Below are positions 52,033-62,856 of a stretch of 64,000 bases of DNA, in pieces (position 1 is the stretch's first letter; each line of letters opens with the position of its first letter). Where the stretch lies: contig CAXXLQ010000004.1 in NCBI GenBank assembly GCA_963668695.2, positions 3,584,001 to 3,648,000 of the forward strand. The letters are read 5' to 3'. The position numbers and the translations under genes were made by a program. The notes beneath the pieces are model-generated. The model was not told the origin of the DNA, ran no database searches, and saw nothing but the letters and a program-made list of their open reading frames with translations. This DNA is from Vicinamibacteria bacterium (GTDB lineage: Bacteria > Acidobacteriota > Vicinamibacteria > Marinacidobacterales > Marinacidobacteraceae).

Positions 52033-52252
52033 GGAGCGCCGGTCTTCAGACCGGCATCGCGGCCGCAGGCCGCGAAACTCCCGCTGCTGCCCTCGCCGAT
52101 TCACCGGGCCTAACCGGGGACGGCGAGACGCCGTGGGGACGCGTTGGTGGCGTTGCGCCATCCTCTATTGCGCGCAGCGCCATGCAGGGAATAGCGAGGG
52201 GAGTTTCGCCCCGCTATGCGGCCGCGATGCCGGTGTGAACACCGGCGCTCCT
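52033..52252. repeat. Inverted pair of GGAG-REP-like palindromes downstream of aspS
   Basis: GGAGCGCCGGTCTTCAGACCGGCATCGCGGCCGC and the inverted variant GCGGCCGCGATGCCGGTGTGAACACCGGCGCTCC. Confidence 0.7.
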
Positions 52253-52296
52253 GGAAGTTTCGCGGCCCTGCGCGGCTTCCCGGGCAGGCTCAACGG

Positions 52297-54093
52297 TCAG
52301 TCGTCGCTCGCCCGTTTCGCCGCCAGCGCCATCCCCACCTCGTCCAGCTGCGAGGGATCCACCCCCGCGGGCGAACCGGTCATGAGATCCGTCGCCGAGG
52401 TGGTCTTCGGGAAGGCGATCACGTCCCGCAGACTCGTGCTGCCGGAAGCCAGCATGGCGATGCGGTCGAATCCGAGGGCGATGCCACCGTGGGGCGGCGT
52501 TCCGTATTCCAGAGCCTCGAGGAAGAAACCGAAGCGCTCGGCGGCTTCGGCGGGCGGGATCGCCAGCGCGTCGAAGATGCGCTGCTGCATGGCGCGGTTG
52601 TGGATCCGGATGCTGCCCCCGCCGAGTTCGTGGCCGTTCGCGATGACGTCGTAGGCGAGCGAACGAACGCTGAGCGGATCGGTCGCGAGACGGTCCACGT
52701 CCTCCGGATGGGGACTCGTGAAGGGATGGTGGACCGAGGTGAGGCGTCCCTCCGCCTCCGAATAGTCGAAGAGGGGAAACTCGGTGACCCAGGCCATCGC
52801 GAACTGTCCGGGGGAAGTCCAGCCCTCGCTTGCCGCGAGCGAGCGCCGCAGCGCGCCGAGCGCCTGACACGCGGCCTTCGCCTCGCCGGCGACCATCAGG
52901 AGGAGGTCCGCAGGGCCTCCGCCCGCCGCTTCCAGCAGCGTCCGGAGACGATCGGCCCCGAGGGTCTTCAGGAGCGGCGAGCGGACCTCGCCGTCGCGGA
53001 AGGCCGCCCAGAGGAGGCCGCCGGCGCCCGCCGCGACCGCCGCCGCCTGCAGGTCGTCTAGCCGTTTCCTCGAAAACCCGGCGCATCCGGGCGCGGCGAT
53101 CCCGCGGACCGAGCCGCCGGCGCCGATCACCCGGTCCAGCAGGGGATGGCCCGAGCCGCGGGCCAGCTCGGTGAGATCCGTGATCTCGGCGCCGTAGCGG
53201 AGGTCGGGGCGATCCACCCCGTAGCGGTCCATCGCCTGCTGGTAGGTGAAACGGGGGAAAGGGGGCTTGACCTCGATCTCCACCGCGCCGAGCGCCCGCT
53301 CGAAGAGGCCTTCGGTGATCTCGATGACCTGTTCCGGATCGGCGAAGGACATCTCCATGTCCACCTGGGTGAACTCCGGCTGGCGGTCGGCGCGCAGATC
53401 CTCGTCCCGGAAGCAGCGGACGATCTGGTAGTAGCGATCCGTCCCCCCGATCATCAGCAGTTGCTTGAAGAGCTGCGGCGACTGCGGGAGCGCGTAGAAG
53501 CGGCTGCGATGGACCCGGGACGGCACCAGGTAGTCCCGGGCCCCTTCCGGGGTGGACCGGGTCAGAAACGGAGTCTCGACTTCGAGGAACCCGTGTTCGT
53601 CGAGGTGGCCGCGGACCTCGGTGGCCAGCCGGCCGCGGATCCGCAGGTTGCGTTGCAGCCTCGGGTTCCTGAGGTCCAGATAGCGGTAGCGGAGACGGAG
53701 TTCCTCCGCGACCCCCTCGGAATCGGTCGGCGCGAACGGCGGAGTCCGGGCCTCGCTGAGCACGTGGATGCGCTCGGCCTCGACCTCGATCTTCCCGGTC
53801 TGAATGCCCGGGTTGACCGTCTCCGCTTCACGGGCGAGCACCACCCCCTCGACGGCGATAACCCACCAGGCTCCGAGACGCTTCGCCTCCGCCGCTGGCC
53901 CGGACTCGGGGCGGACCACGATCTGGGTCACGCCGCGATAGTCGCGGAGGTCGAGGAAGAGCAGCCCTCCGAGATCCCGGATGCGCTCCACCCAGCCCAT
54001 CAGGACCACGCGGTTGCCCGCCTGCTCGAGATCGAGCGCCGCGCAGTGGTGGGTGGGACGGGTGGGAACGCTCACGGTACGGGACTCCGGCAT
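52297..54093 (-). CDS. aspS: Aspartate--tRNA ligase
   Basis: OB fold, RYRYLDLR, TPEGARDYLVPSR, FRDEDLRADRQPEF, GGGSIRIH, PPHGGIALG. Confidence 0.97.
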   Translation of the reverse strand: MPESRTVSVPTRPTHHCAALDLEQAGNRVVLMGWVERIRDLGGLLFLDLRDYRGVTQIVVRPESGPAAEAKRLGAWWVIAVEGVVLAREAETVNPGIQTGKIEVEAERIHVLSEARTPPFAPTDSEGVAEELRLRYRYLDLRNPRLQRNLRIRGRLATEVRGHLDEHGFLEVETPFLTRSTPEGARDYLVPSRVHRSRFYALPQSPQLFKQLLMIGGTDRYYQIVRCFRDEDLRADRQPEFTQVDMEMSFADPEQVIEITEGLFERALGAVEIEVKPPFPRFTYQQAMDRYGVDRPDLRYGAEITDLTELARGSGHPLLDRVIGAGGSVRGIAAPGCAGFSRKRLDDLQAAAVAAGAGGLLWAAFRDGEVRSPLLKTLGADRLRTLLEAAGGGPADLLLMVAGEAKAACQALGALRRSLAASEGWTSPGQFAMAWVTEFPLFDYSEAEGRLTSVHHPFTSPHPEDVDRLATDPLSVRSLAYDVIANGHELGGGSIRIHNRAMQQRIFDALAIPPAEAAERFGFFLEALEYGTPPHGGIALGFDRIAMLASGSTSLRDVIAFPKTTSATDLMTGSPAGVDPSQLDEVGMALAAKRASDD

Positions 54094-54097
54094 CAAC

Positions 54098-54628
54098 TCA
54101 GGCGGGGTTCGCCTCTCTCAGCCCACTGAGATAGCGGTCCTTCAGTTCGACGTAATGCGCCGCGGAGTCGGCGAGATGGGCGATTTCGGCGTCCGTGAGC
54201 GGTCGCACGACCCTTCCCGGGACGCCGCGGACCAGAACCCGCGGCGGAACCTGGAGACCGGGCGGCACGACCGCGCCGGCCGCCACCATGGCTTCTTCGC
54301 CCACCGAGACGCCGTCGAGAACCACCGACCCCATGCCGATCAGGCTGCGCCGTCCCAGGTGACACCCGTGCAGGATCGCCTGATGGCCGACGGTCACCTC
54401 TTCTTCGACAGTGGTGGCCTCGGCTCCCGCGTTCACGTGCACCACCACCCCGTCCTGCAGATTGGAACGCGCTCCGACCCGGATGAAGTTCACGTCACCG
54501 CGGAGGACGGCGGAAAACCAGATGGAGACGTCCTCGCCAAGCACCACGTCCCCGATGAGCGAGGCGCCGGGAGCCACAAAGGCGCTGGCGGGAACGAGGG
54601 GGGTGTGACCGCCAAACGGATAGATCAT
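54098..54628 (-). CDS. Gamma carbonic anhydrase family protein
   Basis: VLRGD, SNLQDG, VGHQAILHGC hexapeptide repeats. Confidence 0.9.
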   Translation of the reverse strand: MIYPFGGHTPLVPASAFVAPGASLIGDVVLGEDVSIWFSAVLRGDVNFIRVGARSNLQDGVVVHVNAGAEATTVEEEVTVGHQAILHGCHLGRRSLIGMGSVVLDGVSVGEEAMVAAGAVVPPGLQVPPRVLVRGVPGRVVRPLTDAEIAHLADSAAHYVELKDRYLSGLREANPA

Positions 54629-54933
54629 GGGAGTCGGGGGCTAATGACGGCCTCTTTGAGGATTGGTTCACCGCGAAGCCGGGCCGTCACCGTCACCTGC
54701 GATCTTCATCCAGGCCCGACCCGTTCGGGGACACCGCGAACGCCCGCGGGATGAGGACAAGGACCCGAGGAAACCGCGCGCTCCGGGCCGGTCCGAAAGG
54801 CCGGGCCCGGACGCCGGATCCGACATGGAAGGTGGCGCCGCGCAGGCGCTCCAAGCGGCGCGGAGGGTACCACGCCCTGAACGGCCGTTGGCTACAATGC
54901 GGGCGCGACAATCTGTAGCCGTAACCCCTTCGC

Positions 54934-55833
54934 GTGGCATCCCAAGATCCCCCTCACCGATCGGCCGCGGGTCGTCTGCTGGACGCCGTCCGGGCGTTCA
55001 TGGAGCCGCCCGAGCCGGAGGTCAGCCCCATCACCGGACGCCCGCTGGTCCACCTCGACGCGCGGGCCGGACGTCGCGGATTCGCCTCCGCGATAACCGC
55101 CCACAGCGCCATCGTGGCCCTGATCGTGTTCGGCGTGTTCGCGGCGGAAGAGATCGACGAATCCGGATTCGATCTCCCGGGCCTCGTGTTCCTCGTTCAG
55201 GAGGGACCCGGCGGCGGTGGCGGTGGGGGCGGCGACGAGTCCCCGGAAGAACCGGCCGAAAGCCTGGAACTGGCCGTCCAGAACGCTCCCGAACCCGACG
55301 AACTCTTCCTGCAGGATCCTGAGGCCATCGCAGAAGAGCTTCTGGAGGACGCGGTCAACGCGCCCTTCGCTTCCAACCTGCCGGACCCCGATGCGCTCGC
55401 CAGTTTGATCCGCGACACCTCGAATCTCCTGCGCTACTCCGGCCCCGGTCGTGACCGCGGCGCCGGCACCGGCCAGGGGGGCGGACGGGGCGAAGGAGAT
55501 GGCGACGGAATCGGCGAGGGAACGGGCGGCGGATTCGGCGGGGGCGCCTACCGGATCGGAAGCGGTGTCGAACCGCCCCAACTCCGCCGCCAGGTCACCC
55601 CCGAATACACCGACAACGCCCTGGCGCGGAAGATCGAGGGCATCGTCATCCTCGAAGTCGTCATCCTGAAGAGCGGGCGCGTCGGCCCCGCTCGGATCAT
55701 CCGCAGCCTCGACGCCGGACTCGACGCCAAGGCCGTCGCCGCGGTGCTGCAGTGGACCTTCCTGCCCGGGCGCTACCGCGGCGAGGCGGTGGACGTGCTG
55801 GCGGAGATCGAAGTCGAATTCCGCCTCCTCTGA
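54934..55833 (+). CDS. Energy transducer TonB-family protein
   Basis: Transmembrane helix, Gly-rich linker, PEYT..A..IEGIVILE..GLDAKA..WTFLPG. Confidence 0.85.
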   Translation: MASQDPPHRSAAGRLLDAVRAFMEPPEPEVSPITGRPLVHLDARAGRRGFASAITAHSAIVALIVFGVFAAEEIDESGFDLPGLVFLVQEGPGGGGGGGGDESPEEPAESLELAVQNAPEPDELFLQDPEAIAEELLEDAVNAPFASNLPDPDALASLIRDTSNLLRYSGPGRDRGAGTGQGGGRGEGDGDGIGEGTGGGFGGGAYRIGSGVEPPQLRRQVTPEYTDNALARKIEGIVILEVVILKSGRVGPARIIRSLDAGLDAKAVAAVLQWTFLPGRYRGEAVDVLAEIEVEFRLL

Positions 55834-55837
55834 CACC

Positions 55838-56323
55838 ATGACCGACCGGCCGCGTCACTTCTGGCTCATGAAGAGCGAGCCCGAGGTCTACGGCATCGAC
55901 GATCTCGAACGGGACGGCTGGACCCACTGGGACGGGGTCCGGAACTTCAAGGCTCGGAACTACATGAAGGAGATGGAAATCGGGGACGGCGTCCTCTTCT
56001 ACCACTCGAACGCGAAGCCGCCCGGCATCGCCGGGGTGGCCCGGGTCTGCCGCACCGCATACCCGGACTTCACCCAGTTCGATCCGGATTCCCACTACCA
56101 CGACCCCCGCGCCACCAAGGAAAAGCCGTGGTGGTACATGGTGGACATCGAGTTCGTCTCGCGCTTTCCCGAAGAGATTCCCCTGCCCGTCCTTCGCACC
56201 CTCCCGGAGATCGCGGGCATGTCGCTCCTGAAGCGCGGCCAGCGCCTCTCCGTCCAGCGGGTGACCCCCGAGGAGTGGGCGTTCCTCCTCGAGTTCGGCG
56301 GCGCGACCGACGCTTCGGACTAG
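55838..56323 (+). CDS. EVE-domain protein
   Basis: WLMKSEP, WDGVRNFKARN, FYHS, RLSVQ. Confidence 0.93.
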   Translation: MTDRPRHFWLMKSEPEVYGIDDLERDGWTHWDGVRNFKARNYMKEMEIGDGVLFYHSNAKPPGIAGVARVCRTAYPDFTQFDPDSHYHDPRATKEKPWWYMVDIEFVSRFPEEIPLPVLRTLPEIAGMSLLKRGQRLSVQRVTPEEWAFLLEFGGATDASD

Positions 56324-56583
56324 CAGTCCGTAGATGAAGTGGGGCGAGGACCGAGAGCGGTGAGGCACCCGGCTGGCAAGGCGCGATTCGGGAGGAATAC
56401 CGAGCGTATTCCGACTGAATCGGAACGCCGAGCAGAGCGGTTCAGCCGGGATGGATCGCCGCTCGTTTCCGAAGCGGGGCGACAGCCGCGCGGAGACCCC
56501 GGAGCGGGAGCGGCTGGGGTCGGGGAACTCGACCTCCAACCGCTTCTGGCTCGGGAATGCCGGTCCACTTCATCCACGGGCTG
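56324..56583. repeat. Diverged MITE abutting the EVE stop codon
   Basis: CTAG-CAGTCCGTAGATGAAGTGG ... CCACTTCATCCACGGGCTG-CTAA. Confidence 0.75.
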
Positions 56584-56644
56584 CTAACGACTGCGACCGG
56601 GCTCGCCCCGGTACACTCGCCGCCGTTTCAAACGGAGGTCTTCC

Positions 56645-57946
56645 ATGTTCCACCGCATCTTCACCCTCGCCCTGCTTTTCGGCCTGGCCGCGCCAGCCGC
56701 CGCCCAGGAACTCGGGGTCTGGGACGACCGCATCCAGGAAGCGGTGTCCGGCCTCGAAGGGGAGACCGTCGCCTTCCGCGAGCACCTCCATGAGAACCCG
56801 GAACTCGGGAACCGTGAGTTCGAGACCGCCCGCATGGTGGCCGAACACCTCCGCCAGCTCGGATTCGACGAGGTGCGCGAAGGGATCGCCCACACCGGCG
56901 TCGTCGGCGTCCTGAAGGGCGGAAAGCCCGGAGCGGTGGTGGCGGTGCGCGCCGACATGGACGCGCTGCCGGTGACCGAGGACACCGATCTCCCGTTCGC
57001 CTCCAAGGTGCGCGCCACCTACAACGCCCAGGAAGTCGGGGTAATGCACGCCTGCGGGCACGACGTCCACACCGCCGTCCAGTACGGCGTCGCCTCCGTG
57101 CTCGCCGGAATGCGCGAGGACATTCCGGGCACCATCCTCTTCATCTTCCAGCCCGCCGAGGAGGGGCCTCCCCCGGGTGAGGAGGGCGGCGCGGACCTCA
57201 TGGTGCGCGAGGGCGTCTTCGACGATCCCCGGCCCCAGGCGATCTTCGGCCTCCACACGCTGTCCGGACTCCCGCTGGGCGTGATCGGTTTCACGCCCGG
57301 GCCCGCGCTCGCCGCGGTGGATCACTTCAAGGCCACCATCACCGGGGTCCAGACCCACGGCGCCCAGCCGCAGGCCGGGGTGGACCCGGTGGTCATGGCG
57401 TCCCAGGTCATCCTTGCGCTCCAAACCATCGCCTCGCGCAACGTGCATCCTCTCCAGCCGGTGGTGGTGACGGTCGGCATGGTCCACGGCGGCCAGCGCT
57501 TCAACATCATTCCGGAGACGGTGGACATCGAGGGCACGGTCCGGACCTACGACCCCGAGGTGCGGGATCTGGTCGAAGCCCGGATGAACGAGGTCCTCGG
57601 GGGAATCACCGCGTCCGGCGGCGGTTCCTACTCGCTCGCCTACGACCGTGGCACTCCGGCGACGATCAACGACCGGGAACTGACCGCCGAGAGCATCCTC
57701 ACGGTGATGCAAATCGTGGGCGGTGAGAACACCCAGGAACTCGACCCGACGATGGGCGGCGAGGACTTTGCCTACTTCGCAAACGAGGTCCCCGGGTTCT
57801 TCTACCGGCTCGGGATTCACAAGGAAGACACCCAGACGGGTCCCCACCACTCCCCGTTCTTCCGCGCCGACAACGCCTCGGTGGCGATCGGAATGCGGGT
57901 GATGTCGAACCTCCTGATGGACTACCTCCTCCGCAACGCGTCTTAG
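56645..57946 (+). CDS. M20D-family amidohydrolase (exported)
   Basis: HENPELG, RADMDALP, MHACGHD, FQPAEEG, MGGEDF. Confidence 0.92.
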   Translation: MFHRIFTLALLFGLAAPAAAQELGVWDDRIQEAVSGLEGETVAFREHLHENPELGNREFETARMVAEHLRQLGFDEVREGIAHTGVVGVLKGGKPGAVVAVRADMDALPVTEDTDLPFASKVRATYNAQEVGVMHACGHDVHTAVQYGVASVLAGMREDIPGTILFIFQPAEEGPPPGEEGGADLMVREGVFDDPRPQAIFGLHTLSGLPLGVIGFTPGPALAAVDHFKATITGVQTHGAQPQAGVDPVVMASQVILALQTIASRNVHPLQPVVVTVGMVHGGQRFNIIPETVDIEGTVRTYDPEVRDLVEARMNEVLGGITASGGGSYSLAYDRGTPATINDRELTAESILTVMQIVGGENTQELDPTMGGEDFAYFANEVPGFFYRLGIHKEDTQTGPHHSPFFRADNASVAIGMRVMSNLLMDYLLRNAS

Positions 57947-58082
57947 GGTCCGGAACCGTCAGGGACCGCCGGCCAGTTCTCCCGGTGGGGGCCTTCAAGA
58001 CCGGCAACGCCCGCCGCAGGCGGGCAGCACTGCGTACAGCCGTCTCGCGCTGATGGCGCGCGACAGCGGGAACGTCGCCCCC

Positions 58083-59630
58083 CTACCGCGCCTCGCCCAC
58101 CACCCGGACCCGCACCCGCCGCGCATCGCCAGGAAGGTAAGCCAGCGGCAGATCCTCGCGTTCGACCGTCTCCAGCCCTTTCGGATCGGCTCCCGCGGAG
58201 ACGGCGCGGGCCTCAGCCTCTTCCGCCGCCAGGCGGAACGCTTCGTCCCGCCCCACGTTGTGGAACACCTTGTCCACCTCGCCACCGATCCGCGCGATGG
58301 CCGCACCCACTGCGTTCGCGACTCCGGCGTGGGGCACGGTAACCGTCTCTGAAATCCCCTCAAGCCGCGCGGGAACCAGAAAGGCCCCACCCCCCACGGC
58401 GAGCAGCGGACAGTCCCGGGCGTCGGGCTTCATCCGGTCGACCGCTTCGGCGACGGCGTCCCCGACGACTTCCCCAAATCGGTCCACGCTCCGCCGGGAG
58501 AGCCCCCTGACCCGGGCGGAATCGCCGATCGCAGCCCAGCCGGCCGCCACGCCGAAATCCGTGGCCGTCGGCGTGCGCCCCCCGAAGACGAGCCCTTCCT
58601 CGGCAAGGCGGAATCCGACGCTCGCCGGACCCACCGCCGCGCCGTCCTCCGAGACCACGCTCCCGCCTCCGAGCGCGATCGAAAGCAGGTCGGGCATCCG
58701 GAACAGGGTGCGGACGCCTCCAACCTCCACCTCCCGCGGGGCTTCGCGGGGGAACCCGGCGCGCAGATAGCCCACGTCGGTGGTCGTGCCTCCGACATCC
58801 ACCACCACGCCCTCCGAGGCGCCGGAAAGAAACGCCGCGCCCGTCATGCTGTTGGTGGGCCCCGAAGAGAGGCTCAGCACCGGGAACTCGGCGGCCGCCG
58901 CCGCACTGGCGATCGTGCCGTCGTTCCGGGCGATGAACAGCGGCGCGTCCGTTCCGATGGCGGCGACGGCATCGGCGAACGCCTTCGTGACGTGCGCGGC
59001 GAGCGGCCGCAGCGAGGCGTTCAGCAGTCCGGCGTTCTCGCGTCCCAGTAGTCCGATCCTCCCGAGCCGCCGGGACTGGGTGACCGAGGCGTCCGGATGG
59101 ACATCCTGGAGGATCTCGGCGGCCCGGGCCTCGGCGCTGCCATCGAGAGGTGCGAACACCGCGCTGAGCGCGATCTCGAGGAACCCGGCCTTCCGGATCT
59201 CCCTTCCCGCGGCAGCCACGGCCTGCTCGTCGAGCGGCACGATGGGGCGCCCGTCGCACTCGTGGCCTCCCTCGACCATGAAGACCGGGCCCCGCACGAT
59301 GCCGGCGAGCCGGTCGGGCCAGTCGCAAAACGGCGGCAGGGAAGCGCTGGCCGGCAGGCCTACCCGGACCGCGGCCACTCGCGCCAGGCCCGTCCCGGTG
59401 AGGACGGCATTCGTGAAATGGGTAGTCCCGATAACCACCCGGGAAACACCCGAAACCTCGGCCCCACCGCCGAGCACGCCTCGGAGCGCCGTCAGCACCC
59501 CGGAGGTCACGTCTTCTGTGGTCCGGGCCTTGATCTCGGCGAGAACCTTCCCGCCGCGCATCAGCGCGGCGTCGGTGTGGGTGCCGCCGACATCCACGCC
59601 GACGCGCGCCCGGTCAGGGAAAAACGGCAT
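58083..59630 (-). CDS. Hydantoinase/oxoprolinase family protein
   Basis: GVDVGGTHTDA, GTTHFTNA, SGPTNS, DVGGTTTD, ANAVGAA. Confidence 0.9.
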   Translation of the reverse strand: MPFFPDRARVGVDVGGTHTDAALMRGGKVLAEIKARTTEDVTSGVLTALRGVLGGGAEVSGVSRVVIGTTHFTNAVLTGTGLARVAAVRVGLPASASLPPFCDWPDRLAGIVRGPVFMVEGGHECDGRPIVPLDEQAVAAAGREIRKAGFLEIALSAVFAPLDGSAEARAAEILQDVHPDASVTQSRRLGRIGLLGRENAGLLNASLRPLAAHVTKAFADAVAAIGTDAPLFIARNDGTIASAAAAAEFPVLSLSSGPTNSMTGAAFLSGASEGVVVDVGGTTTDVGYLRAGFPREAPREVEVGGVRTLFRMPDLLSIALGGGSVVSEDGAAVGPASVGFRLAEEGLVFGGRTPTATDFGVAAGWAAIGDSARVRGLSRRSVDRFGEVVGDAVAEAVDRMKPDARDCPLLAVGGGAFLVPARLEGISETVTVPHAGVANAVGAAIARIGGEVDKVFHNVGRDEAFRLAAEEAEARAVSAGADPKGLETVEREDLPLAYLPGDARRVRVRVVGEAR

Positions 59631-59852
59631 TTCGGCTCAGCATAGAGTGCGGCAACCGGAAGCGACCGCCAGGAGGGCAACCATGACGCCGACAGCGTCT
59701 CAGATCCGCCTGCCGGCAAACAACGGGCGGCGCCGGGGGATCCTGAAATCGCGCCATAACGCAGGCTGAATCTTCATGGGGACACGCCGCCAAGGCTGCG
59801 GGTTATCTTGTGCCGGCGTGATCCTGAGAGCGTTGTTCCCAGGAGACCAATC

Positions 59853-61517
59853 GTGAGCTACGAATTCGATCTTGGACCCTGGTCGCGCAAGGTTTCAACG
59901 AGTTCGGACACTGCCCAGCAGTGGTTTGATCGCGGCCTGAATTGGACCTACGCCTTCAACCACGGGGAGGCGGTTGCCTGCTTCCGGCGAGCGGCGCGCG
60001 AAGACCCGACCTGCGCCATGGCCTGGTGGGGAATAGCGTATGCGACGGGACCCTTCTACAACCGGCCGTGGACCAGCTACTCGGATGCCGAGATTGCGGA
60101 CGCGCTGCCGATTTGTCATGACGCCGTGAGGACTGCGGGTTCGCTTGCCGTCAATGCGAGACCGGCCGAGCAAGCCCTCATTCGATCTCTGGCCAGACGC
60201 TACCAGAATGGCCACGAAAGCGATCCGGAAATCCTGGACGCCTGGCACTCGGCTTATGCCGACGCGATGCGTGACGCTTGCAGGACGCATGAGGATGACG
60301 GCGACATCGCCGCCCTCTATGTCGAGGCCGCGATTACCTGCACTCCGCGTCAGCTCTGGAATCTGAAATCCGGGGAGCCCAACCCGCATGCCCGTACGAA
60401 GGAGGTCATGCGGGTATTGGAACGCTGGATGGACAGGATTGAGCGTGGTCATCCTGTTCATCCAGGAATTCTCCACATGGTTCTCCATACGCTGGAATTG
60501 TCGTCGACGCCGCAGCGCGCCCTAAGGGCTGCTGACATGTTGTGCGGGCTTGCTCCCGACGCCGGTCACCTGCAGCACATGCCGGCGCACATCTATGTGC
60601 TTTGCGGCGACTACGCGCGGTCGCTGTCGCAAAGCGAACACGCCGTCTGCACGGACGACAAGTATCTTGCGTATGCCGGCGACCAGAACTTCTATACCAC
60701 TTCGCGATGTCATGACCTTCACATGTTCATGTATGCCGCCATGTTCCTCGGCCAATATGGCAAAGCCACCTATGCCGCCGAGCGAATCCGCGCGATGGCA
60801 ACGCCGGCACTGATTTCGAAGAGTGCGCCCTTCATGGCCTCCATCCTGGACGGTTACTCCGCCATGTGCACGCACGTCCAGGTTCGCTTTGGCCGCTGGC
60901 ACGAGCTCATCGGATTACCTGCCCCGGTCAAGGATTCGCGCCAGCCGATCGCCGTTGCAATGCATGCCTACGGGCAAGCCGTGGCACACGCCGCGCTCGG
61001 TCATATCGAAGAGGCGGGGGCGGCTCAGTGCGCTTTCGCTGAGGCCACGGCCGCCATTCCCGAGGACGCGATTTTTCTCAGCAATACTGTTCGGGACATG
61101 CTCGGCGTCGGTGCGGCCATGCTGGACGGCGAGTTGCAGTATCGGAAGAGAAACTACGATCGCGCATTCGCCAGTCTGCGCCTGGCAGTCTCCTGTGATG
61201 ACGCGCTGAACTACACCGAACCGTGGGCGTGGATGCACCCACCGCGCCACGCGCTAGGCGCGCTGCTGGCTGAACAGGGCATGTTTCGGGAGGCCGAAGC
61301 GGCATATCGCGCCGACCTCGGCTACGACCAGAGTCTTCCGCGCTGCTGTCAGCACCCCGACAACGTCTGGGCACTGCAAGGGCTTGTTGAATGCCTGGAA
61401 CAGGCGGGGGATGCCAATGACCTTCGGTTTCTCCGCCAGAGGCTGGAGTTCGCGAAAGCCCGCACCGACGTTCCCATCGAGAGCGCCTGTTTTTGTCGGA
61501 GGGGGGCTACTTCCTGA
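59853..61517 (+). CDS. His-rich TPR-like protein (lower GC)
   Basis: WFDRGL..AFNHGEA, HPGILH, HLQHMPAHI, EPWAWMHPPRHALG, HPDNVW; AGGAGA upstream. Confidence 0.8.
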   Translation: MSYEFDLGPWSRKVSTSSDTAQQWFDRGLNWTYAFNHGEAVACFRRAAREDPTCAMAWWGIAYATGPFYNRPWTSYSDAEIADALPICHDAVRTAGSLAVNARPAEQALIRSLARRYQNGHESDPEILDAWHSAYADAMRDACRTHEDDGDIAALYVEAAITCTPRQLWNLKSGEPNPHARTKEVMRVLERWMDRIERGHPVHPGILHMVLHTLELSSTPQRALRAADMLCGLAPDAGHLQHMPAHIYVLCGDYARSLSQSEHAVCTDDKYLAYAGDQNFYTTSRCHDLHMFMYAAMFLGQYGKATYAAERIRAMATPALISKSAPFMASILDGYSAMCTHVQVRFGRWHELIGLPAPVKDSRQPIAVAMHAYGQAVAHAALGHIEEAGAAQCAFAEATAAIPEDAIFLSNTVRDMLGVGAAMLDGELQYRKRNYDRAFASLRLAVSCDDALNYTEPWAWMHPPRHALGALLAEQGMFREAEAAYRADLGYDQSLPRCCQHPDNVWALQGLVECLEQAGDANDLRFLRQRLEFAKARTDVPIESACFCRRGATS

Positions 61518-61642
61518 TTACGCGTGATTCTCAGCCAGGTTGAGCACTCGGCGTGGCGTGAGCGAAGTCTGTAAAGCCGCGCCGTCCAGATAACAGTTGA
61601 GTCGGAGGGCGACCTGCATCCTGGACCGGGACCGCGACTCGC

Positions 61643-62728
61643 TCACGCGAAGAGCGGCTTGAAATCGAGGTCGAACCCGAAGGCGCGCGGTCCCACCAGT
61701 TCGAGCGCGGCTTCGGTCTGGAGCGCAGCCGGCGACGCGAGCGCGATGACCCGAACCCGCTGCCCGTAGGCGATCACCTCGGTCCCGAGGGCCTCACCGG
61801 TCGATGAATCCACCACGGTGAGGATGTCCGGAGTCATTCCGACAGGCTCGCCGTCCCGGAAGGCGACGGCAAACTCGTTTTGGAAGTGGAGTTCCATGGT
61901 GGAGCCGCGGTCTTCGCCGAGTCCCGCGACCGTCGCCACGCCGCGCAGGAACCCGCGCGTCGTGCGGCGTTCCATGTCGGACACCTTGCCCGTGAAGAGC
62001 ACGATCCCCCCTTCCGAGGCCAGGACGGCATCTACCGGGTCTTCACCGCGCTCCCGCGCGTGACGAAGCGCGGCGCCAATCCGCATCGCCCGGGTGACCG
62101 AACCCAGGATTGCGTGGTCCTTGATCTCGCGCCCCGTCCGCGGCGCCTTGGCGGTGGCGGCGATCGAGCCGACCTCGGTCACCACCACCCGACCCAGCCG
62201 CTCCTGCCACTGCCAACTCGCGGCGCGCTCGACGATCACGACGTTGTCGCGGATGTCGGCGAGGCAAAAGGGATAGTTCCGGAGTCCGGCGATGGCGAAG
62301 GTGGTCATCTGGGCCTCGGGGAACGCCCGACCCATGCAGTCGGCGTCCACCACCGGAAGCCCGGTCCGCGCCGCAACCATGAAGCTCTGCAGCGAGTTCG
62401 CGCCCCCGATCTCGAGCGACATCACGGCGACGAAGGGCCGGCCCAGGCGCTCGGCAAGCACCTGGACGGGCCGCGCCGCGACATCGGGATCGGGGAGACG
62501 CTCCTCGCCGACGAGCGGAGCTCCCATCGTGGAGACCACCGCTACCAGGTCGTCGTCGGCAAGGGTGCTCGCCGGGATCACCACCGGGCGGAATCCGCGC
62601 GCCGCCTCCGCCCGCAGGGTCAGCAGCGAGTGGTACGGATTCCCGCCGCCCCCTGCCCCGAGGATCCAGGCGCCGGCGGCGAGATCCTCGATCTCGGTGG
62701 GGGTGAGTTCTCGTGCGCCCGGGGTCAT
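61643..62728 (-). CDS. DUF917-domain protein
   Basis: LGAGGGGNP, MGAP, EIGGAN, DCMGRAFPE, QNE, PD, GPRAFG. Confidence 0.9.
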   Translation of the reverse strand: MTPGARELTPTEIEDLAAGAWILGAGGGGNPYHSLLTLRAEAARGFRPVVIPASTLADDDLVAVVSTMGAPLVGEERLPDPDVAARPVQVLAERLGRPFVAVMSLEIGGANSLQSFMVAARTGLPVVDADCMGRAFPEAQMTTFAIAGLRNYPFCLADIRDNVVIVERAASWQWQERLGRVVVTEVGSIAATAKAPRTGREIKDHAILGSVTRAMRIGAALRHARERGEDPVDAVLASEGGIVLFTGKVSDMERRTTRGFLRGVATVAGLGEDRGSTMELHFQNEFAVAFRDGEPVGMTPDILTVVDSSTGEALGTEVIAYGQRVRVIALASPAALQTEAALELVGPRAFGFDLDFKPLFA

Positions 62729-62856
62729 GCGGGCAGCGATGCTACGGCATTCGGATACCCTCCGATATCGGGTTGGGCGCCCCCGCTGCCCCGGTTCTTG
62801 CGCTCGCCTCATCGTTCCCGGGAGCTGACCGTCACCGTCTCTGTGCTCCAAACCCC

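Noticed and set aside
54783-54812. SRP-like GGTCCGAAAGG hairpin
   Set aside because: Lacks the AGCAG internal-loop motif of SRP domain IV.
54825-54880. T-box-like AAGGTGGCGCCGCG near the aspS operon
   Set aside because: Mismatch in the UGGNACC core, wrong strand for aspS, and no stem I or terminator seen.
59753-59808. attC-like CATAAC...GTTAT before the TPR gene
   Set aside because: L-box pairing and spacing do not fit attC, there is no matching site after the gene and no integrase in the window.
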